Assembly: GCF_009914755.1 (NCBI RefSeq)
Contig: NC_060927.1
Source: the human T2T-CHM13v2.0 reference genome, Homo sapiens
DNA: 64,000 nucleotides
Strand: one strand, 5' to 3'
This document shows, one piece after another, positions 55,640 to 64,000 of this stretch (the first letter of the stretch is position 1; every line of letters starts with the position of its first letter). A program made the position numbers and the translations under genes. The notes beneath the pieces are model-generated. The model was not told where the DNA came from, searched no databases, and saw only the letters and a list, made by a program, of their open reading frames with translations.

Positions 55640-56226
55640 CCTGAGTACCCCCAGAACCTAGAGCTTGAAGCTGAAGCTTATGTGCTATATTTTTTCAGAG
55701 AGTGCAATCCCTGGGAGCAGGAGTTAGGTAAAAGAAGGTGCAGCCAAAAAACAGGGTTAAGTTAGCTCAAGGTTGTATTTCCAAGCTGGCCATCACGTGA
55801 TAACAAGCGCAACTGATTGCTTAATCTCATAAAGCTCCCTCTCAAGAGAGTGTATGATATACTGCATCCCGGGACAATCTGTCCCAAGGAGAAGAATTTA
55901 CCCCTCAATGTTTGTATCTCATTGGTGAAAGGTTTTCCCCATGGTGCATTAACTCCTCAACCTTTCCAGATTCCGCATGTGGGACACCAAGTGGGTCTCA
56001 TGGATTCACACACCTCAAATGCAAGAGGGAAGCCAAGAGTGGGAGGTGAGTGGCATCCAGTGCGGGCAGGAGGTAAAGGACAGTAGGGATTTTTGTCTGT
56101 GTGCAGTTTGTAGAGCCCACACATTTGGTTACTCACTGACAGCCAGGGAAGAATTGGTGGCCAAAGGCCTTAGAAATAGTCAAGGCCAAAAAGATTTGAC
56201 ATGCTGCTTAAGATAAGCCTGATACA
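55640..56226 (-). mobile_element. Second ERVL-type LTR (LTR16B-like, uncertain)
   Basis: gagtgcaatccctgggagcaggag...actgattgcttaatc...aagaatttaccc...ccccatggtgcattaactcc. Confidence 0.45.
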
Positions 56227-57000
56227 TATGTATTCCAATTTTTGTTAAATATTTACACACAAAAACAACCCACTCACATTCACGTGCCTGAACACAACTA
56301 CAAATAAAAAAGACAACAGTTAAAATAAAAACAGTGATTTAGATCCAGTCAAATTGTATTTTTTCTACCTATATTCTTTGATGTATGTTTAAAGTTTTAT
56401 ACAATAAAGGTATTTTGATTTTATAGTGGGAAAAGATCACAAAATCACATGGACAGGTTTAGAAAGGAAGGCAGAGCAGTAAACACTTTTTTTCAAAGTA
56501 AAAAAAAATGGTTAAAAAATGATTCTGTGTTTTACTTCATAGGCATAGACAAGGTGGTCTTCATTTCAAGGTTGAATCTTTCAAAAAATTGTTTAGAAAA
56601 ACAAAAATAAGTTGCTTTTTAAATATGAGATGCCCAATTCTTGTCTCATAATAAATTACCATAGTTTCTAAATAATTTGAAATATATTTGTTTATACAGT
56701 CACATGCCACATAACAAAGTTTCCATCAACAACAGATTGCATGTATGTCAGTGGTCCCATACGATTATAATGGAATGAAAAATTCCTATTGCCTAGCGAA
56801 GTCATAGCCGTCATACCATTGTAGGGCAATGTATTACTTACACATGTGTGGGGATACTGGGATAAACAAACCTACTTTACTGCCAGTTATATAAAAGCAC
56901 AGCACATACAATTATGTACAGTCCATAATACTTGATAATGACAAAGCGCTATGTTACTGGTGTATGTATTAACTACATTATACTTTTTATTGTTATTTTA

Positions 57001-57299
<299 letters not shown>

Positions 57300-57591
57300 T
57301 TTTTATTGTTATTTTAGAGTGTACTCCTACTTATATTAAAAGAAAAAAAAGTTTACTGTAAAATAGCCTCAGGCAGGTCCTTCAGGAGGAATTCCAGAAG
57401 AAGGCATTGTTATCACAAGAGATGACAGCTCCGGGCATGTTATTGCTCCTGAAGACTTTCCAGTGGGACAAGATGTGGAGGTAGAAAACAGTGATATTGA
57501 CAATCCTGACCCTGTGTAGGCCTAGGCTAATGTGCATGTTTGTATCTTAGTAACCAAAAAGTTTAAAATGTTAAAAAACAAACAAACAAAT

Positions 57592-57730
57592 TGACTCTGT
57601 GTGGTGGCTCACACCTGTAATCCCAGCGCTTTGTGAGGCCAAGGCAGAAGGATCCCTTGAGCCAGTTCAAGACCAGCCTGGGCAACATAGTGAGACTCAG
57701 TCTCTATTTCTTTAAAATAAAAAAAATAAA
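57592..57730 (+). mobile_element. FLAM / left Alu monomer
   Basis: gtggtggctcacacctgtaatcccagc...ttcaagaccagcctgggcaacatagtgagac followed by an A-rich tail. Confidence 0.85.
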
Positions 57731-58385
57731 AATTTAAAAATTGTAAAAATTTTTAAAAGCTTACAGGATAAGGATATAAAGAAAGAAAATATTTTCTACA
57801 TCTGTACAATGTATTTGTGTTTTAAGCTAAGTATTATTACACAAGAGCCAAAAAGTTTAAAAAAAATTTTTAAAGTTTACAAAGTAAAAAAGTTACAGTA
57901 GCTAAAGTTAATTTATTATTAAAAAAATAAATTGTTAAAAATAAGTTTACTGTAGCCTAAGTATATAGTGTTTATAAAGTCTACAGTAGTGTACAGTAAT
58001 GGCGTGGGCCTTCATATTCACTTACCACTCACTCAGTGACTTACCCAGAACAACTTCCAGTTCTGCAAACTCCATTCATGGTAAGTGCCCTATACAACAG
58101 TAGTATTTTAATCTTTTATATGGCATTTTTACTGTGTCTTTCCTATCTTAGGTATGCTTAGATACATGAATATTTACCATTGTGTTATAATTGCCTACAA
58201 TGTTCAGTACAGTAACATGCTGTACAGGCTTGTAACCTAGGAGCAATAGGCTATCCCATAGAACCTAGGTGTGTAGTAGGTTTGTGTAAGTACATTGCTA
58301 CGATGTTTGCACAATGAATAAGTCACCTAACAACACATTTCTTAGAACCTAGCCCTGCCGTTAAGTGATGCATGACTGTATATCT

Positions 58386-59087
58386 TGTGAAAGAAAAATG
58401 AACTCTCAGGGACTCCAAACTCACTATGCCAAAGGGAAAAGTTAAGCTTGGGAACTGAGTCATGCAAAACTCTCTCCCATTTTGTTTCTAAATAGATAGC
58501 TCCAAAGACAGAAGTTCACATACCACCCTAGGAGGCCTCCCTTACAATTTGCTCAGAAGGAAATTCCTTGTGGGTCCCAAGATCTTTACCTTAAAACAGT
58601 GTTCTATGGAATTTTACCCTGACAATATAAATCAATGTTGTCTGTATTTTCACAGGTACAGGACAAAGATAGGACTAGAAGTCATCCCTCTGCTCACCTG
58701 AGACAAATGCATATTTGACTGCTTCCTCCACTCTATCTTTACTTCATCTTATGTAAAAATTCATATTCACAGAGCAAGAGATGAATGCATAGTCGACCAT
58801 TTCTCTACCCCCTCTTTTCACATGTAAAATGTGAATTCAGTGAACCCTGCACAAAGCCTCAGAGGAGTGCAAGCACTTGCCTCTTACCTACTCTCCTTCC
58901 CTTTTTCTGTCCTCCTTCCCCTACTGCCTGCTCTTTCCCCTTTAAATATTGAAGTCCCTAAATCCTCTTTGAAAACAGCACAGATCACAGATGTTACTGT
59001 GATTTTGTGTTCCTTTTGCCCAGGCACATCCTCAACCTTGGTGAAATAAACCTCTAAATTGATTGAGACTCACCTCAGTCATTTTCT
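58386..59087 (+). mobile_element. MER4-family ERV1 LTR
   Basis: tgtgaaagaaaaat...ccaaactcactatgccaaagggaaaagttaagcttgggaactgagtcatgc...aaataaacctctaaattgattgagac. Confidence 0.8.
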
Positions 59088-59091
59088 ATCT

Positions 59092-59246
59092 TCAGCAATT
59101 TTCAAGTATACAATACATTTTTATTAACTATAACCACGATGTTGTAGAATAGACCTGTTGAATTTTTCCTCCAGTCTAAGTGAAATTTTGTATGCTTTGA
59201 CCAACATCTCCACAACCTACCCCACCAAACTGCTCTCAGCTTCTAG
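59092..59246 (-). mobile_element. L1MA-type 3' fragment
   Basis: agcaattttcaagtatacaataca...tattaactata...gaaattttgtatgctttgaccaacatctcc. Confidence 0.7.
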
Positions 59247-59280
59247 ACACACACATTTTCTTTTTTTATTTTTTAACTTA

Positions 59281-59491
59281 ATTTTTTGTTGTTGTTGTTG
59301 TTGTTGTTGTTTTTTGAGACAGAATCTTACTCTGTTGCCCAGGCTGGAGTGCAGTGGCATGATCTCAGCTCACTGCAACCTCTGCCTTGCCATGTTGGCC
59401 AGGCTGGTCTCAAACTCCTGAGCTCAAGTGATTGGCCCGCCTTGGCCTCCCAAAGTGCTGGGATTACAGGCGTGAGCCACCGCACCCAGCC
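59281..59491 (-). mobile_element. Internally deleted AluS with (TTG)n tail, inserted in an L1 A-tail
   Basis: Right arm jumps to left arm at caacctctgcct|tgccatgttggcc; cttaatttt at 59277-59285 and 59492-59500. Confidence 0.85.
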
Positions 59492-59848
59492 CTTAATTTT
59501 ATTTTATTTTAAGTTCCAGGATACCTATGCAGGACATGCAGGTTTCTTACATACGTAAATGTGTGCCATCGTTGTTTGCTGCAACTATCAACCCATCACC
59601 TGGGTATTAAGCCCCGTGTGCATTAGCTATTTATCTTGATGCTCTTCCTCCCCCTCGCCCTGACAGGCCCCATTGTGTGTTGTTCCCTTCCCTGCGACCA
59701 TGTGTTCTCATTGTTCAGCTCCCACTTATGAGTGAGAACATGCAGTGCTTGGTTTTCTGTTCTTGTGTTAGTTTACAGAGGATAAGGACTTCCAGCTCCC
59801 TCCATTCCCTGCAAAGGACATGATCTCATTCCTTTTTATGACTGCATA
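59492..59848 (-). mobile_element. L1PA8-like 3' end
   Basis: ttttaagttccagg...gcaggacatgcaggttt...atcaacccatcacct...cccacttatgagtgagaacatgcag...cctgcaaaggacatgatctc. Confidence 0.88.
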
Positions 59849-60074
59849 CACTTTCAATACTAAGTCATAACACTCAAATGGAAGACCAGATTTCACTATA
59901 GTCTACTCTTACTGCAGACCCTTTTCTTGGTCTGGGATCCACTAAAACCTGACAGTCTTATGGGTTATTGTTATCTGGTAAATATACCAGAGAAGCACAT
60001 CAAAATACATTGCCACCAAAATCCAAAGTGTCCCACCAAGCAATGGGCCTTGTTCTGTGTGGTGAGCAGTGTAA

Positions 60075-60460
<386 letters not shown>

Positions 60461-60499
60461 CTAAAAGTTTTACCAGTGTAGCAGAACCTTAAATCGTTG

Positions 60500-61255
60500 C
60501 AGCCTTATCTTCCACCCCTGATGTGATATGAAAAAAAATGGCACATTATCCTTGTGACAGCTTTTCTAAAAATTCACAACCCCAGTCTAATCATGACAAA
60601 TCCAAAGTGAGGACATTCTGCAAAATATTTAACCAGGATTTTTTATAAATGTCAAGGTTAAAAGAAAAATGACAAAAACAAGAAAAGACTGAGAAACTGT
60701 CACAGTCTGAAGAAGACTGAGACATTACAAAGATAGCAACTAAATGCAACATGGTATCCTGGATTGAATCCTGGAGCAGAGAAAAAAAATAGCAGAAAAA
60801 ATAAACTGGAGAAATCTGAATAGTCTGTCATTTGGTTAACAGTGTTGCACCATTGCATGCCTGTATCAAAATATCTCATGTAACCCATAAATATATACAT
60901 CTAGTCTATACTGACACAAAGTAAAAATAAAACTAAATGGTGTTGGACCAGCATGTCTTTTTTATTTTATTATTACCTTTAATGGACATATAATAATTGT
61001 GATACAGTGTGATATCTTGATAAATGTATCCAGTGTATAATGATCATATTGGGGGTAATTAGCATATCCATCACCTCAAACATTTCATTTCATAGTTTTG
61101 ATAAATATACCATGATTATGTAACATGTTAACATGTTACAAGGTAGGTAAAGGGTATACAAAACCTCTCTATTGCTATCTTAACAATTCTTCTGTAAATC
61201 TAAAATTTACAGAATTTATAAACTCTTCCATGAAATCTAAAATAAATTAAAAAAC
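60500..61255 (+). mobile_element. L1MC/L1MD-type 3' region with two nested short L1MA 3' ends (about 60850-60935 plus; 60958-61090 minus)
   Basis: caaccccagtctaatcatga...aatgtcaaggt...gaaagactgagaaactgtcacag...caactaaatgcaacatgg...ttctgtaaatctaaaat. Confidence 0.7.
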
Positions 61256-61557
61256 TTGAAGAAAGGGAGAGGAAAAAGTGCCTGGTTAATAAGATTGAAT
61301 ATACAGGAAAGAAGAGATAAAGACACATGTAAGAAAGCACACGTGTGTGTGTATGTGTCATGGTTTATGACTGGGTTTGTGTGTGCATATTAGAGGCAGG
61401 GTGAGTTTATGTGAGATGGTAGCTCTGCTATAAGGGAACTAGTGAGCCAAGGCACTTGCATGAACCTGAGAGTAAGTATCTGCTTAAATTTTGAGCCTTA
61501 CGCACCTTGCTTGCCTTACCCTAGTCCAGGATTTTTAATGAAGCTGCCAAGAGGAGC

Positions 61558-61561
61558 AAAA
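61558..61561 (-). terminator. Pol III T4 terminator of tRNA-Cys
   Basis: AAAA on plus = TTTT on minus, after a 9-nt trailer following the discriminator base. Confidence 0.7.
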
Positions 61562-61570
61562 GTATGTCAT

Positions 61571-61642
61571 AGGGGGCACCTGGATTTGAACCAGGGACCT
61601 CTTGATCTGCAGTCAAATGCTCTACCACTGAGCTACACCCCC
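61571..61642 (-). tRNA. TRC-GCA: tRNA-Cys (anticodon GCA)
   Basis: Minus strand GGGGGTGTAGCTCAGTGGTAGAGCATTTGACTGCAGATCAAGAGGTCCCTGGTTCAAATCCAGGTGCCCCCT: 72 nt, intact A box, B box (GGTTCAAATCC), cloverleaf, U73 discriminator, no encoded CCA. Confidence 0.97.
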
Positions 61643-62419
61643 TTGATGCCAATAACCTTCAAAAAAACATTTATTCCATTTTTATGACCTGCAAAACACC
61701 TCATAAATACCTTTGGTGTCTAACATTCCTTTCGAATTTAAACTCATCCCCAGTTTCCTCCTAGCTGTACCATCTTTTGTTTTTCCCAGAGCATTTATAC
61801 TCATTCTCTTCCCAGCACCTGAAGCTCAATGCTGTATCCTCAGTCTAATATTCCAGCTTTAAAAAAATACACCACCAGCTGCCCATAGATCTCTGGGCAC
61901 GTCAATGAATGTTTTGAGCATTAGGGGCTACCAACAAGTATTGGACATGGAGGAGATCTGAAGTGGGAATCCACAAATTGACTTCAGATGTTCATGTTCA
62001 ATTCTGAAATTATAGGCAAATATTATGTATTTGCACATATTGTATATTGTGCATATTTTTATCAGATTTTCAACAGGGACCTCATCCAGGACCAACTATC
62101 TCACTTCAGTGTAAAAAAAAAAAAAAAAAAAAAAAACACCAAAAAGAAAAACAAAGCACCCTGAATGTTCCAAAGCCCAAAACTCAATTTTGAACACCTC
62201 TGATTCCTATTCCTTTGAGTTCCAGTCTAAGAACTCAACCTCGTGCATCTCCAAGATTGAGCAAAAGATCAAGGAAATTTTTGTCATTGCAACAAATTTT
62301 CCCTGATGAGGTCTGTCAGCTGCCATGGGGCCAGGGAACAAGCAGCAGCCAGAGCTCCAGCTCACAAGCTGTCTGAGGGCCCCAGACACCCACTCCCAGC
62401 ACCCGCCCAATCTGATGCC

Positions 62420-63555
62420 CAACAGGAGCCTCAGATTTCAAATCCAGTATACCCAAACCTAAGCTTATCATCTTCTTGTCCAAACCTGCCTCTCCATCTA
62501 TTTTGCTTTGTTGTAATAATAATAGCTCACATATGTTGGGCATTTTCGATATGCCAGGCATGGTACTAAAAGTTCTACCAACAACCTCCATGTAATTGTT
62601 ACAAAAATCCTATAAAATAGGCATGAGTAGTAGTATACAGGATGGAAACTGAGTCACAGATTGATTGGAATATCTAGCCCTAGGTCACACAGCTAGCAGG
62701 TGGTAGGGCCAGGATTCCAGCGTAGGCTCAGACTGTGTGAAGAGCCCACCTGCTTAACCAGCTGAGCAGTCTCCTTCCTATCTTGGTTGGAGATGCCACC
62801 ATCCTGTACTCGGTCATCTAGACCAAAACACTTAAGGCAACTCTAGGCTCCTCCCACCCTCTCCTCCCCAGTTCCAGTGAATCAGAAGACACTATTGATT
62901 TTATCTTTGACATTGCTCAAATCCATCTCCACCCCTGCACTGTCAGTGCCACCACCTCCTAAATACCCTCCCGGCCTCCACCCCCACATCCACCCTGTAC
63001 TGCTTCCAGAGCAGCCTGTTGGAAAACTAAGTCCATCTAGATCACTGCCCTTTAAACGCCATCACAATAAACTTCAAGTCTCTTAGCACAACATGCAGTT
63101 CTTCTCTCTGATTTTTACCTGCCTCCTCAGCTTCAGCGTTATCTTTTGGCACTCTCCATATCACATTTTGTGCTCCAGCTGCCTCCATCTGCATCTACCT
63201 GGCTTCAGCTTCTGCTGCACTGTTTCCTCTGCCTGGAATTGCAACCATCCCTCTCCACAACCCCACCTCCATTCCACCCTCCATCTGTAAGATATTATTC
63301 ATCTTTGAAACCCTCACTGGCCATCAGCTCCTCCAGACGCTTACCTTCACCTCCCCTCCTCTGAACAGATGTAATCGCTGCCTCTTCTGTGTTACTGCAC
63401 CTATCGCAGCTAGGTACAGCTCATACACTCTATTTTCTTATTCTATATGCCTACACCCTGAATGAGGGCAGGGGCTAATGTCTTATTCACCACTGGGCTC
63501 ACACTTTGCATGGTTCTGGTACATAGTAGGTGCCCAGTGTATGTTGTTCAGACTG
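62420..63555 (+). mobile_element. L2 LINE 3' region split by a MIR
   Basis: cctcagatttcaaat...ccaaacctgc [MIR] ...gccaccatcc...tgcactgtttcctctgcctggaa...tgagggcagggg...gtcttattcacc...tggtacatagtaggtgccc. Confidence 0.7.
62515..62765 (-). mobile_element. MIR SINE
   Basis: taataataatagctcacat...tgccaggca...ggaaactgagtcacaga...ggtcacacagctag...gccaggattc...cttaacca. Confidence 0.8.
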
Positions 63556-64000
63556 ATCTAAAAACAGAGCATTGCCTGTATTGTGGGTGGGAGTTACACC
63601 TGACTTCTGGCTCCATGCCTGGGTCCTGAATGAAGTTACCCAATGTGGGGGTATTTGGCTGTAGGAAATGAACAGGGGATGGAAGGTAATAGAAATCCTT
63701 AAGCTTTAAAGCAGAAAAATGCAGTTCCTTAAACTTCAGACCAGTTCTTGTTCACCTCCCTGAAAATGTTCTGTGGATAAAACCCTATTCCTTCGCTTTC
63801 CCCAGGGCAGTGCAAAGTATGGGCACAGTCACTAAGTCCCTGGTTTTCCTTGTGGCCAACAGGTTCTAAAACTCTATAGGCAATCACAGGACCGTGGGAA
63901 CATTGCCTAGTAGGAGTTTGTCACAAAGATTTTAACATTAGGAGAGCAGTATGTGTAGTATACTTAAGTCAGTGAGAGTGTGTGCTCTGAGTTCAAATCC

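Noticed and set aside
63945-64000. B-box GTTCAAATCC at the window end suggesting a second tRNA
   Set aside because: Upstream sequence cannot form a cloverleaf and resembles the tRNA-derived head of a MIR; truncated by the window edge.

Overview
Primate (most likely human) AT-rich, repeat-dense, intron/intergenic-type DNA. I can support no intact protein-coding exon, and almost all ORF-track entries are chance ORFs inside repeats. Solid landmarks: (1) a processed PSMC2 (Rpt1 26S ATPase) pseudogene at 7913-9396 with an 18-bp TSD, inserted into ORF1 of an old, internally deleted L1PA15/16-type element, which together with an AluJ splits a MIR; (2) an intact-looking tRNA-Cys(GCA) gene on the minus strand at 61571-61642 with a T4 terminator; (3) a Ricksha (MuDR/MULE) DNA transposon at 24311-26271. 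From memory, a PSMC2 retrocopy plus tRNA-Cys fits human 3q22.1 near CPNE4, but this is unverified. The most unusual signal is inside Ricksha: one TSD-bounded insertion joining a short L1PA 3' end to the 5' part of U3 snoRNA in the OPPOSITE orientation, which suggests twin priming on two different RNAs. Also notable are a 36-bp AT-rich VNTR next to a perfect 57-bp-arm inverted repeat and a fold-back hairpin at a MER1B end. I found no new multi-gene system. Repeat subfamily names come from recalled consensus sequences and boundaries of old repeats are approximate.
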